Of a DNA stretch of 64,000 nt, positions 51,006 through 64,000 are shown in pieces. The notes under the pieces were generated by a model. That model did not search any database and was not told where the DNA came from. It saw only the letters and a list, made by a program, of their open reading frames with translations. The stretch covers positions 109,717,555-109,781,554 of the forward strand of contig JARDVH010000001.1 in assembly GCA_030324005.1 (NCBI GenBank). Reading direction: 5' to 3'. Position 1 is the stretch's first letter. Each line of letters opens with the position of its first letter. A program made the translations under genes and the position numbers. Origin of the DNA: Negaprion brevirostris (Eukaryota).

Positions 51006-52107
51006 GGTCCCTATATTGGGTCTTTGATCTGCTGACCTTCATACCCTTGTCTTCCAGTGTTTTTCTTCAGTTCTGTAGATACACAGTCAAGTTCTCACCA
51101 TCCTCACCACACAACTCAACATCATTAGGCATAACACTTCCTCTCTCACTTGCTCAGTTAGAACACCCGTGACGATATGCAAGAAGAGTTGATGGGGTGG
51201 GGGGGCGGGGGAAGGAAGGGCAAGGCCCTATATAAATGCAAGTTGTTATTGTCCAGATTATAATTTCAAAGCCTAGATATTCAATTACATTCAATATTCT
51301 TTGGTTAATTTAATAAATAATGTTATCCTTTAAGTGCAACTCAAAATAAAACTATACACAATTCTGAGGGTGATCATGGTGTACTTTAGAATGGGATATA
51401 AAAATTTCCAACAGGGCCAAACCAATGGTATGATAGCCGCATCCATTATACTGATATGTACTGGAACATGGATCCTGATTTGAATGGCAAGAGGCCTACC
51501 CTGCATCCTATGTTTTCAGTAATTCATACATTTGTAGGTTATTGTTGCCAGTGTGCAGAGCCTTTACACAACTGCAAGGCTAATTAAGGTTCTGCAATTT
51601 AATTAATCAAGACCAAAAGCTCATGTAACTGAGCAGTACTCCAGTTGCTTGGCATTCATTGCAAACAAATACAATGACCTGAAAAAAACATTTGAACACT
51701 AGTGTACGTTCAATAAGGAAACCCAGTTTGTCCACTGTTTACCTGTTAGGCGTGAAGATCAGTTTTGTTCAGTCACCGTTTTCTAATGTTCCTCTGCCTC
51801 CCTCTCACTCAAAGAAGTCCCTTCCTTTCACAGCTGATGATACCTGATTGTTTCCAAGAACATCTACTTGCTCAACTTGGTTTCTGTCCCAGTTTCCCTT
51901 TCACAATAGGTAGGGAGAAAAATTCACACTGACCTCACATTATGGACCCAGGTCAGGTTATTCGGGTGCAGGGTCATGTAATGCTTGAGGAACAACAATG
52001 CTGTACACAGGAACTGCATAATTATCCCCAGTGAATTCCTAATCTTGGCCATACACTATCAGGGGAAGATGCAATGTGAAGTATTGCTGCATTGTCATAG
52101 AAACAAT

Positions 52108-52230
52108 GGACGGGATTTTACGGTTTTGCTCGTTCCAAAACCGAAAATCCCGCCTGAGGTCAACAGACCTTCCCATTGTCCGCCCCTCCCCTGCTCCGAT
52201 TCTCATGGTGGGCGGGGCGGTAAAACTGGC
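52108..52230. mobile_element. MITE, same family as 1016-1142
   Basis: GGACGGGATTTTAC...GAGGTCAA...GATTC..TGGyGGGC...GTAAAA. Confidence 0.65.
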
Positions 52231-53448
52231 AAATAACTCAGATAATATGTAATGTCTCCTAACAGACATAACAAGAACGCAGAATGCAAGTAATTAAAGA
52301 GCAACACTATGTTTAATAATAAAAAGTTCTTTCAAAATTTAAAACTTTTGATGCCCCTACTATCAAAAGTTCAAGTTAAAATAATCCAGCATCGATATGT
52401 GTATGAGTATTAGCAAATTAATTCTGTCATATGATAAAAAGAGATATTTTTTCTAAAAGGTAAAGATCTATGTTTCATATTGTGGTCATCTTTTATATTG
52501 AATTGCTGAGAAGCTGCATAAACCGTCACAGGTTCAGAAAAGTAGAAAGAGGCAAGGCAAAATATGCCAATGCATATAGTGAATGAGGCAACTTGGCTGA
52601 GAAGGGAGCTTATCACAGAATTCAGTGAGTTGAATTCTCCAGTAAGCTATGCTGGAAATGCTTGCATGTCGATGTCAGGTGAAGTGATGTTTCCCATAGC
52701 TGAATATTCCTTTAACACACATTGTTAAGGCTCAGATAGAAATAATGGCTTCTTGGGCAAATTATTGAAAGTATAAATGGAACCGCTTTTGAAAATGTAC
52801 AATTCCATACAAATCACAATGTGACCACATTAGCCACTGAGGACTTGTCTATTTTCTCATGTTGCCTGCATTCCAGGTAACTAAGGCCATTTTTAATTCA
52901 CTGACCTCACCTCAAGTGAAAATTCCAATGTCTTCTGAGGTGCACAAAGTGTATCCAAGAAACTCTGCTTTCTCCGCAGAGATTAACACAGGAACAAAAT
53001 GCAAGTACCCATAGAATGGTGAAAATTTGAATATATACCTGAAAGCTTCTTCCAGCACTTCAAGGGTCATAATTAAAGTATATATACATTCTCTTTTGAC
53101 CTTCTATTACATCTCCCAGTTTTAGCAACGTTGTTAAGGCCTGTACTTTTCTGAGCTGTCCTCTCTTATTACTAGCTGAAAATGCAATGTCCTGTCACTA
53201 ATATCACTCTTGAAATCCAAACTCCTGGCAAAGTATAAAGCATTAATCTTTCCTTGCCCAGTGCCACAAGCCCTCCTTACCTCAGTCTTACTCTCCTTCT
53301 AGAATCTGTAGATTTATAAAACACAGTCTCAACATCATCAAATCATTTCCTGATACCAAGTTTTCCCTTTCTTTCTGTTCCCGAGTCAATCTTATTTTAG
53401 CCCAATCTGATCTGGGGATATGGTGGATACAAAGCATCTGACAGCAAA

Positions 53449-53783
53449 GACAGCACAGTGGCACATTAGTAAGCACTACTGCATCACAGTGCCAGGGACT
53501 CAGTTTGATTCCCGGCTTGCCTCACTGTCTGTGTGGAGTTTGCACATTTTTCCCATGTCTGTGTGCGTTTCCTCCAGTTTCCTCACAAGGAAACTGGAAA
53601 GTGCTCCAGTTTCCTCCCACTGTCCAAAGATGTGTGGGTTAGAGATTGGCCATGCTAAATTGCCCTTAGTGTCAGGGGGATTGGTTAGGGTCAATGCATG
53701 GGGACAGGATCTGGGTGGGATTGTGATTGTTGCAGATTCGATGGGCTGAATGGCCTCCTTCTGCACTGTAGGATTCTATGATT
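53449..53783 (+). mobile_element. HE1-type V-SINE
   Basis: Head, core and tail present. Confidence 0.9.
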
Positions 53784-53879
53784 TCTCCTGGTGCCCAGGA
53801 TGTCAGTCAGCCCAAACAAAGATCACACCACTGTTTGTTTTTTTTCTAATTGTTTGCCATTCATGCACACATTGGTTTA

Positions 53880-54000
53880 TAAGTTCTTAAGTTCATAAGA
53901 GATAGGAGCATAATTAGGCCATTCAGCCCATCAAGTCTGCTCCGCTATTTGATCATGGCTGATAACCTCCTCATCCCCATTTTCCTGCCTTCTCTCTGTA
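53880..54000 (-). mobile_element. CR1 extreme 3' end
   Basis: TAAGTTCTTAAGTTCATAAG tail followed by GGCCATTCAGCCCATC. Confidence 0.7.
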
Positions 54001-57000
54001 GGGGTTGTCTACACACTTGATCAGATACAGCCCATTGCACTGTGAAACATGACAGATGAGCCTGCTTACTCATGGGAAAGGCCTCTGTCAGTCCGTCTCA
54101 ATAGCATGCAAAACTACCCCAATTAAGTCGGAGGGAAGCAGGATTCCTGCTCAGGCGGCGGGATGTCAATCAGGCTCATTAATGAGTCAATTCATACCCA
54201 TTATCCTTCTTCCCCATGCAAATTGGAGTAGCTCACAGATTACAAGGAGGATTCACAGGTCTCCCACAGCCCTCACAAGATCACCCAAACTCTATCTGGT
54301 TTGCCAGTGACCTCACGGGATGNNNNNNNNNNNNNNNNNNNNNNNNNNNNNNNNNNNNNNNNNNNNNNNNNNNNNNNNNNNNNNNNNNNNNNNNNNNNNN
54401 NNNNNNNNNNNNNNNNNNNNNNNNNNNNNNNNNNNNNNNNNNNNNNNNNNNNNNNNNNNNNNNNNNNNNNNNNNNNNNNNNNNNNNNNNNNNNNNNNNNN
54501 NNNNNNNNNNNNNNNNNNNNNNNNNNNNNNNNNNNNNNNNNNAAGGGGTGAGGGGATTGCGTGTCCCTCACTATCAGGCACTAATTAAGAGGCCTAGCAT
54601 CGGGCAGGAGCATGGGCCACTGAAAGCATTCCCCAAGATTCCTCCAACGCACTAGCCCACAACCCCTTTCCTGCTATCATCCATCTTTGGTCTGGGGTTT
54701 TACGATAACACTGGGTTTCTCATTACTACATTTCTGCCAGCAGCCATCCTGTCCACTATAGTTTCCAGTTTGCTTGGCTCAGTGTCCAAGTCTTACGTCA
54801 GGATTTGATGGCCATGGATGTTCCGTTTATAATGTGACCAACAGCTTGATTATCAATCTGTATATTTGCCTGATGGCAGGAGGTGTAAGAGCGGGAAAGA
54901 TTCCAGCCATGCCGCAGAAGGCAACCACAGTACTTTGCCAAGCACAATCATGGACCAAGCAATGGTCACCAATGCCATTTTAGGGAGTGGTATCTGAAGA
55001 AGGAAGAATAAGTTATAACAATGATCAGGAAGACACTATTGCAGTAATCAATTCATAAGCTAAACATCGCTGACTCGCACCTTCATAATAGGATCAGCTA
55101 AATTCACCAGTTTATGCTGCATAACAAGACACTAACTTGTTACAATCAAATTGCACTTGATGTCTGGTGCTAAACTTTACAATGGCAGCACTCTTCAGGG
55201 CTTTTAGTAACTGTTAAATAACATTAAGTCGTGCAATTGCACTCACTTAGTTTTCACCACAATGAAAGAATATAGCATTCACGAACCTCGTCCTCACAAT
55301 AAAAATAACTGCAGCACATCTCTAGAGAACAGTTTTCTGCTTGTGATGGGGATCAGTTATTGCCAGGCATCGATCTCCTAGCATTGCCTGTCTGAATCTG
55401 TGTTAGAGGCATTTGAAGAAACTGACAAAGAAAGNNNNNNNNNNNNNNNNNNNNNNNNNNNNNNNNNNNNNNNNNNNNNNNNNNNNNNNNNNNNNNNNNN
55501 NNNNNNNNNNNNNNNNNNNNNNNNNNNNNNNNNNNNNNNNNNNNNNNNNNNNNNNNNNNNNNNNNNNNNNNNNNNNNNNNNNNNNNNNNNNNNNNNNNNN
55601 NNNNNNNNNNNNNNNNNNNNNNNNNNNNNNNNNNNNNNNNNNNNNNNNNNNNNNNNNNNNNNNNNNNNNNNNNNNNNNNNNNNNNNNNNNNNNNNNNNNN
55701 NNNNNNNNNNNNNNNNNNNNNNNNNNNNNNNNNNNNNNNNNNNNNNNNNNNNNNNNNNNNNNNNNNNNNNNNNNNNNNNNNNNNNNNNNNNNNNNNNNNN
55801 NNNNNNNNNNNNNNNNNNNNNNNNNNNNNNNNNNNNNNNNNNNNNNNNNNNNNNNNNNNNNNNNNNNNNNNNAGGTCAATCTCAGAACAATTACCACTCG
55901 GGTTACAGCAAACAAAAAGTTGCCCTCAACAAGAATCAGCCCGACACCCCATTATTTCACTCATTGTGCGGTTAGCAGACCTAATAATTCACTCTCTCAG
56001 GCAGCAGTGGAAGTGAAGGATGGAATCAGACTGCAGCACACAATTTGTGACATGTTTTCCATCTGTCCCATACTGAGGTGGGAATGAAATGGTAGGATGA
56101 CAAGCAGAGTGAGCCAAGGCATCAGAATCACCTGCACTGCGTTATTATCATTTCACTGCATGGGACCATGGCAATTTAGAGGTTTAAATGGTCTGCCCTC
56201 TAATCAAATCTCTATTTTAAAGAGCAACCTTCATAAATCTTCTTGGAACCCACAAAGCAATTTGTACATCAGAGCATTGTTTTTGATAAGTATCAACAGT
56301 AGAATATAATAATTCAGAAAATGTTGTTTTAGTCTTTTTTTTAAAAAAATCTCAGCATGCTAATCTTTTGCATTCCAAGTTATTTTTGAATTTTTGTGTT
56401 GAAGAGTCTTGTTATTGAATCCCATACATCCATTGCAGACTCACAAGCCATGCATGATCGCTTTCTGGAATTATTGTGAAATACTGTACAAAGGTTTGTG
56501 CTAAGTAAAAGGACTTAATCTTAATATTTAACTAAAATTCTGTCACAATTCCCATCTTTTAAAACAACCAGCAATTATAAGTATGAATTGTCTGCAGCAT
56601 TTGATTTTTCAGGCACTAACTCACAGCAAAACAAGGCTTTTGTCTTAAGGTATAAATATCATGATACATCTTAATTTTAACTGCTCCCCTGATGATTAAC
56701 TCGTGAAATACACAACATGGTATGACATTGAGCTATACTATTAAGCAAGGTCCAGTGTCCTCTGCTAAGTTAACAAATTAAAGACAGGAATGACAGTAGG
56801 ATGTTGTTCATTAGAAAAAAAATCACATTAGCTTACCTGTTCTTTATTGTGGTTCAAGTTTCCATGTTGAAAAGGGCAAACACGAACATCAGGTAACGAC
56901 AGGATCAGACCCTTCTGTGCTGGTCCTGACATTTGTGACCACTCATAGCCTAGACACTTATAGAAACCATGTCCTCCTATGCAGGTAATGGAGAGCTACG

Positions 57001-57269
57001 AATGCCTGTGGAATCATAACCCAGTACAAATCATTAGCAAAAGGAAGAAAATTTTGGAAACAAAATAAGAATAGATTTTTTTCATTTACTTCCACACTTA
57101 TTGAGTTGAAATTCTCGGTACTGTCTTTATGGTGAACCTAATCTCATGTGTGTCTGAATGTGTCTGGATTTCTAAAATATTGAGATAACTGGAGCATTTT
57201 TATGCTACTATTGATTACTCATTTCAGAATCTGTTTTCATAATACAAATATAATACTTGACTTCCAAAC

Positions 57270-58570
57270 TCCATGATATTGAATAGCCCGAGCCAGTCTA
57301 CAGTAATTTCCACCTTATCACTGATTCAGTGTTAACTTGCGTTCTCTATCATTTTCCAAATCTGTGATGGAAATTCTGCTTCAGCAGTGACCTTATATCA
57401 GGGCAGAAGTGGGGATGTTTGTTGATGACTGCACAATGTTCAATGACATGTGTGACATCTCAGATACTGAAGTAGTCAGGGCTGTCATGCATCAAGACCT
57501 GGACAACACTCTGGCTTGGACTGACAAATGGAATGGGAAATAACATTCATGCCACAGAAGTTTTAAGCAATGACCAGCTTTTACAATGAAACCCTACTCA
57601 TTTTCTCTTGATATTTAATTGCATTAACGTCGCTGACCCCAACATCAGTGGGTGGGATTCTTTGTCCTCCTCGCGACTTGTTTCTCAGCAGTGGGAAGTG
57701 GGCCGTCCTTGGCAACAGCATCTTCTGGTCCACTGTTGTAAATGGAATTTCCCACTGAATCCATCTCATACTGCCAGGAAATTTGCTGTGGGGATGCACC
57801 TTCAGTGGGACTGGAATATCTTGTCGGTGTGAACAGCTGCAAGATCTTGCCCAGAACCTAAGCAGGGGGTGTGATAGAACACTGGATAAGTGCAACTGGA
57901 CACATACAGCTCCAACAACATTTCTGAAGCTTGACGCCATCCAGGACAGAGCAACTCACTAGACTGTCACATTATCCATCACCATAAACATTCACTCCCT
58001 TCTCCACCAGCACAGAACGTCAGTAGTATGTACCATCTACAAGATGCAGTGTAGTACCCTGACAAAGCTTCTTTGACAGCACTTCCCAAGCCCATAACCT
58101 TAGTTATCTTGAAGGAAAAGCGCACATGAGAACATCACCTACTGCAAATTCACCTCCAGGTTGGGCAAGATCTTGACTTGGAAACATATCACCTTCATGG
58201 TCACCAGGTCAATATCCTTAAATGCCATGGCTGGAACGCCCTGGCTATTTAAGCCGCTAACATCACACCGTCACCATGGGTTTCGCGGTGGCGAGGAGTG
58301 TATTCAGCTAAAAACCTGTTGACAATGGCAGGGCCAGAAAATCCTGCTGCTGACCAATGGCATACACCACTGTGAACCACGCAGCAGGTTGTGTGGTAAA
58401 TCCCACCCCATATCTAAAAGCACCAGGAAATTACCTTCACCACATAACCTGTAGCGGTTCAAACTGGTTGTCTCACCACAATCGTCTTTTCCAGAGAAAC
58501 TGGGGATGGGCAATAAATGCTGCCTGTGCTAGCCTGATGCCAACTTCCCATGAATAAAATCAAATGAATT
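57270..58570 (+). mobile_element. CR1-group family B LINE, RT to 3' end, interrupted by MITEs
   Basis: VGMFVDDCTMF, HQDLDN and APTTFLKLDAIQD; 3' GGGCAATAAATGC...CCCATGAAT. Confidence 0.8.
57650..57852. mobile_element. MITE-like insertion within the LINE
   Basis: GGGTGGGATTCTT ... AAGATCTTGCCC interrupts LINE homology. Confidence 0.55.
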
Positions 58571-58770
58571 CAGTGTCCAGCAGCTGTGAAGAATTGAGAA
58601 ACAATTGTTTTAACACATTGATTTAAGAAACATANNNNNAACCTTATTTTTAGAAAAATAACTAAATGATAGTTGAACACTTTTCAAAATGAAGGATTCT
58701 GTTATGAGATGTGTTGGTCTGATAAGGCTTGTTATTAGGCTCCAGACATTCAGTGTTTTCTTATTTGAAG

Positions 58771-58968
58771 TCTAAAGATGTGGGGGTTAGGTTGACTGGC
58801 CATGCTAAAATTGCACCTTAGTTTTCTTGAGATGTGTAGGTTAGAGGGATTAACAGGTAAATGTGTAGGGATATGGGGGTAGGGCCTGGGTGGGACTGTG
58901 GTTGGTGCAGACTGAATGAGTCCATTGACCTCCTTCTGCACTGTAGGGTTTCTATGATTCTACGATTC
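58771..58968 (+). mobile_element. HE1 SINE 3' portion
   Basis: V core and TTCTATGATTC tail. Confidence 0.8.
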
Positions 58969-59824
58969 ACACAAAGTATTTTTTATATGGTTAGCACCAA
59001 GAATGCATTTCAGTGTTCAACATTCATATAGATCAAATAAAGCTTTGAAAACTCCTTCAGCCATTTTATGTACAGAATTTGTTTCTATCTGTACAATGTT
59101 TGCCGTGATATTCATTGCTTCTTCAGCTTTCTGTGCCCTGTTTTTATTGTGTTTATTCGTGTTTATGATTTTTTTACTTGTGGCTTCTTGGTAATGTAGA
59201 TTGATACTATCACATTTCTGAAGAGCGCACCTCATTGCCTGTACCTCTCAACTTGTTGAAGAGGAGAATGATACAATCTTATCATATCGGATTCGTTAAA
59301 ATTTACAGAGTCCCTAGAGTGCAGAAGGAGGCCATTCAGCCCATCAAGTCTGCACCAACTTTCTGACAGAGTGTCCGCTCCAGTATTATGCAGTTGGCCC
59401 GTGACGAAAGGCACAACCTTTTAAATATGGATTCCAGTTAATTTGCCAATTGTTGCAGCTCTTTATTTTACAGGATAATGCCACCTTTATTTGAAAGACA
59501 AAAAGACTGGAAAGATGACACCTAGGAGACCAAGAGATACTCTCTACAGATCGTCAGACTCTTAATAGATGTTCAGAACTTTGGGAAGATTGGGGTGCTG
59601 CCATACAACAGACTCACCAAGATCTCATCATGACAGACTGAGAACTCTACCATTTGAAGAGACAGTGTCATGGAGCGAATGAAAGAGGAGACTCCAGCAG
59701 AACCACCAGCAGAGCAGAAAATTGGGATTTCTCCACAGGCGTTGTAATATGATGACAAGTGATAATTACTGTCAAACATGACTGTCTCTTGCACCGAAGT
59801 TGTAATTTCTCATGTGTCCAGTCT

Positions 59825-61948
59825 CCTTCTTAAAAGGGAAAGGTAGGGCAGACAAATTCCCTGGATGAAAAAGGAGGTAGTAATTAAGAGAAGGAAGAAA
59901 AAGTATGCTTGTGAAATGTGTCAGGTAGAAAACACAGTTGAGAACCAAGATAAATGCAGCAGGTTCAGAGTGGAGGTGAAAAGGCGCATCAGAAAAACAG
60001 AGAGGGATTATAAGAAAAGTTTGGCAGCCAACAGGAAGGAAAATCCTAAAGTGTTCAATTGGCATATAAACAGTTAAAGGGCAGTAAAAGGAGGAATGAG
60101 GCTGATTGAATGGGGATAAGAATCATATCTGCCATAATNNNNNNNNNNNNNNNNNNNNNNNNNNNNNNNNNNNNNNNNNNNNNNNNNNNNNNNNNNNNNN
60201 NNNNNNNNNNNNNNNNNNNNNNNNNNNNNNNNNNNNNNNNNNNNNNNNNNNNNNNNNNNNNNNNNNNNNNNNNNNNNNNNNNNNNNNNNNNNNNNNNNNN
60301 NNNNNNNNNNNNNNNNNNNNNNNNNNNNNNNNNNNNNNNNNNNNNNNNNNNNNNNNNNNNNNNNNNNNNNNNNNNNNNNNNNNNNNNNNNNNNNNNNNNN
60401 NNNNNNNNNNNNNNNNNNNNNNNNNNNNNNNNNNNNNNNNNNNNNNNNNNNNNNNNNNNNNNNNNNNNNNNNNNNNNNNNNNNNNNNNNNNNNNNNNNNN
60501 NNNNNNNNNNNNNNNNNNNNNNNNNNNNNNNNNNNNNNNNNNNNNNNNNNNNNNNNNNNNNNNNNNNNNNNNNNNNNNNNNNNNNNNNNNNNNNNNNNNN
60601 NNNNNNNNNNNNNNNNNNNNNNNNNNNNNNNNNNNNNNNNNNNNNNNNNNNNNNNNNNNNNNNNNNNNNNNNNNNNNNNNNNNNNNNNNNNNNNNNNNNN
60701 NNNNNNNNNNNNNNNNNNNNNNNNNNNNAGAAAGGATTGATTTGGGTAATGCTATTGTTGTGGTGTATGTGGACTTCTGAAATGCATTGGATACAGTGCA
60801 ACACAGTAACTTATGAAAAAAGTTATAGCTCATGGAATAAAAGGGAAAGAAGCAAAGTTGGTACAAAATTTGCTGAATAATAGAAACCCGACAGTAATGT
60901 TCAATGAATATTTTTTGGATTGGAGGAAAGATTGTACTAATGTTCTCCAAGGGTTGGTATTGGGAGCTTTGCTTGGGATCCTTGTTTTTTCTGATATATA
61001 TTAATGATCTAGATCTTGGTGTGCAGGGGACAACTTCAAAGTTTGTGGATGACACAGAACTTGGAAGTATTGTAAACTGTGAGGAAGACTGTGTAGAACT
61101 TCAAAACAATGTAGACAAGTTGGTGGAGTGGGCAGATAAGTGGCAGATGAAGTTAAATGCAGAGAATTGTGAGGAGATTTGAACATTTTGATAGAAAGAA
61201 TATGGATGGACAATATAAAATAAGGGGTAAACTTTCTGAAAGAGCTTATGAGCAGAGGGACGTGGGTGTATATATGTATAGATCATTGAAGGTGCAGGAC
61301 AGGCAGAGGGGGCACTTAATAAAGCATGTAGTATAATATGTTTTATTAATAGGGGCATAGAGCATGGAAGTAATGCTGAACTTCTACAAGATATTAGTTT
61401 GACCTCAGCTAGAATATTGTGTACACTTCTGAGTGTCACACTATAGGAAGGATGTGAACACGCTGGGGAGAGTGCAGAAGTTTACAAGAATGGTTCCAGG
61501 GATGAGAATATTTAGTTATGAGGATAGATTGGAGAGATTGGAGCTGTTCGTTTTGGAGAAAAGAAGGCTAAAAGGAGATTTGACAGAGACAGTTCAAAAT
61601 CATGAGGGGACTGGATAGAGTAAATAGGGAGAAACTCTTCCCATTCATTAAAAGATCAAGTATGAGAGGGTATAGATTTAAAATTGTTTGCAAAAATGCA
61701 CATATATTACAAGAAAATGCTTTTTCAAGTGAGTGGTTCATGGCTGGAATGCACTGCCTGGAAGTGTGGTGAAGGCAGGTTCAATCAAGGCACTCAAGGG
61801 GGGCATTAGATGATTTCTTGAATAAAAATGAAGTGCAAGGGTATGGGGAAAAGGTGCGGGAATGGCATTCCTGAGGCTCATTTGGAAAGCTGGTGCAGAC
61901 ACAATGGGCCAAATGGCTTCTTTCTGTGCTGTAACAATTTTATGATTT
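59825..61948 (+). mobile_element. CR1/HER1-like LINE ORF2 (RT) and 3' end, decayed, spanning a gap
   Basis: KENPKVF, VVYVDF, FLIYINDLDLGVQGTTSKFVDDTELG, WADKWQMKLNAENC and FSYEDRLERL. Confidence 0.88.
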
Positions 61949-62252
61949 GAAGTTGTTTTATTACCCAATAGTTAGACCCTAAGTGTTTTTCAGTCCAACA
62001 TTTCCTGGGTAACTATCCATGTAAGTGAATCAGAACGCTCCGAAAATATCTCCCCCTCTGGTGATGTAATGGAGTTGCAGGGAAATTCATATGCTATAAT
62101 CCATAAAACTCATTGGTTGATATGAAAATTATTTACATTCCCTTACAAGAATCTTAAGATAGAATTGAAAGTAAAATAAACTAAACAATCTGTAAAATTG
62201 AAACCAGAACAGAAATACCCGCACAGTTGTAATTGCCATCAGAAAAACAGAA

Positions 62253-62583
62253 CATTGAATCATAGAATCCGTACAGTGCAGAAGGAGGCCAGTTGGTCTA
62301 TTTGAGTCTGCACCGACAACAATTCCACCCAGGCTCTATCCCCGTCAACCCACATATTTACTCTGCTAATCCCCCGACACTAAGGAGCAATTTAGCATGG
62401 CCAATCAACGTAACCTGCACATTTTTGAACTGTGGGAGGAAACTGGAGTACCCAGAAGAAACGCACACAGACCGGACACTGGAGAATGTGCAATCTCCAC
62501 ACAGACAGTTGCTCGAGGCCAGAATGGAACCGGGTACCTGGCACTTTGAGATAGCAGTGCTAACCGCTGTTCCACCATGCCGC
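62253..62583 (-). mobile_element. HE1-type V-SINE
   Basis: Head, core and tail present. Confidence 0.9.
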
Positions 62584-62801
62584 TATGAGCATTTCTGATA
62601 AAGATTTTCTACCAGAATATGAGTTTAAGCTTTTCCTCTTCTTTCAATTGTTAATGTGCCTGTGGTGCAAGTCCAACATTTTGCAAGACTCTTCATCAAC
62701 AGCAAGTGGAGGGTAATAGCTTGGGACGATACATGTGAAAGGCAGAGAAGATTTTGTCCAGTTATGCAACCATATCTGTCCTAATAATTGACTTGATCCC
62801 A

Positions 62802-62823
62802 ATGGATTTATGCATAAATCCAT
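62802..62823. repeat. Perfect 22-bp palindrome ATGGATTTATGCATAAATCCAT
   Basis: Self-reverse-complementary; read directly from the sequence. Confidence 0.95.
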
Positions 62824-64000
62824 ATCTTGAATCATTTACGAATTATTTATGGAAATAAATACTCTTGCAGCTTTGAATTACAAATCTGTGATTTATCTCA
62901 GTAAAATCTAACTGCTGGTGAAGGGAGGTGAACAGTCGTGATTAATGGAGAAGTGTTGCTAACGGAAATCAACTGTTGGTTTTTGGACAGGAAATATTTA
63001 AGAATTAGCAAGAAAGATCTCACAATGAATCCATTAAGATGAATTATATGAGGGGTTATTAGGCTGGACTTTTGAAGTCCACTAAACCAGATGTACCTAC
63101 TTTTGTCAAGTCCTTTGAAGCTTCAGGCATCCCAAATTTGTTGTAGAGATAAAAACTCTTGTGTCTGCGGAGGTCGTACAGATATGTCTATCATTCTCTC
63201 AAAAGGGTGACTATCTTGTTGTAATCGAGATCCCAGACTTTATTTTATTCTCTATTATTTACTTCTTGCAGCTTTCTGTTTTATCCATATTGCTACAAGG
63301 CCAAGGGCTGGTGGCATAGAATGGAAGGCCTATAACTCTCTGGCTGCAAGCAATGCCATGTCCCTTTTGGTCCCCATGTAAAGAAGTCGGTACTCAAATT
63401 GTTTATGATTAATGAAATGTTTCTTTCCCTGGGTTTACACGTTATTTTCTTCTTTCGTCACAGAGAATCTTGTTTATCTATTTAGGGGGCCACCATTCTT
63501 CAACTGAGGAATTGTACTGATCTTCAGTAACATGTTCAGCCAGGCTCTTAGCAAATCCAAAGTATAGGGCTGGGCTTTTACATCCTGACCTGGGTTCAAA
63601 GTGCATCAGGTGGCAGTTGGGACCTTAAACCAGTTTTCATGCCTCAATTCTCAGTGCTGGAAACTTCCATTGGCATAGGATAAGGAACTGATCAGGGGCC
63701 CTCACTCTAATGTTTTAATGTTGCCACCGCCATTGCATAAGGGGGTATTTCTGAACTTCCCCAATTTTGATGAAGGAGTGTGGTCTTTGATAAGAACTGT
63801 GAATCACCAGCACAGAAGAGTCATGAGCCATGGGTGAACTATATTATGGAGCTGGAAATCATATGAAACTACTTCATATGTCATCATGAAATACTGTAGC
63901 ATACATTGTGTAACTGGGAGGATAACCCCAAGATATTCTAGGGAATCCCCTCATATGTTCCTATGTAAGAATTCCTAATGTAAGTGAAAGCTTCCCATGG

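Noticed and set aside
53288-53411. Minus-strand exon-like segment with GTAAG donors
   Set aside because: Weak acceptor next to a SINE and an unrecognised peptide
59017-59235. 72-aa minus-strand ORF between two SINEs, considered as a viral or host exon (also ORF 59573-59794)
   Set aside because: No recognisable motif, no convincing splice sites, and length within chance expectation

Overview
This is repeat-dense, gapped vertebrate genomic DNA. The many HE1-type V-SINEs and HER1/CR1 LINEs point to a shark or ray. I found no intact protein-coding gene: the ORF-track entries are N-gap artefacts or decayed transposon fragments. The only clearly functional gene is a perfect tRNA-Cys(GCA) at 1455-1526 (-) with a Pol III terminator. 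The rest is nested transposon decay: CR1-group LINEs, Rex1/Babar, Tx1 and RTE LINE fragments, a Penelope-like RT/GIY-YIG element, and two Gypsy relics (one with both LTRs, a PBS and a GATCT target-site duplication). There are also solo LTRs, a PIF/Harbinger transposase relic with a family of MITE-like copies, and a possible DIRS/Ngaro relic. The best leads are several decayed minimal hammerhead-ribozyme motifs on Penelope-type repeats, a tail-swapped SINE, a palindrome with Hox-type motifs, an unexplained ~108-bp duplication and two weak exon candidates. I cannot support a confidently novel intact system. Family names come from motif recognition, not database searches, and repeat boundaries are approximate.
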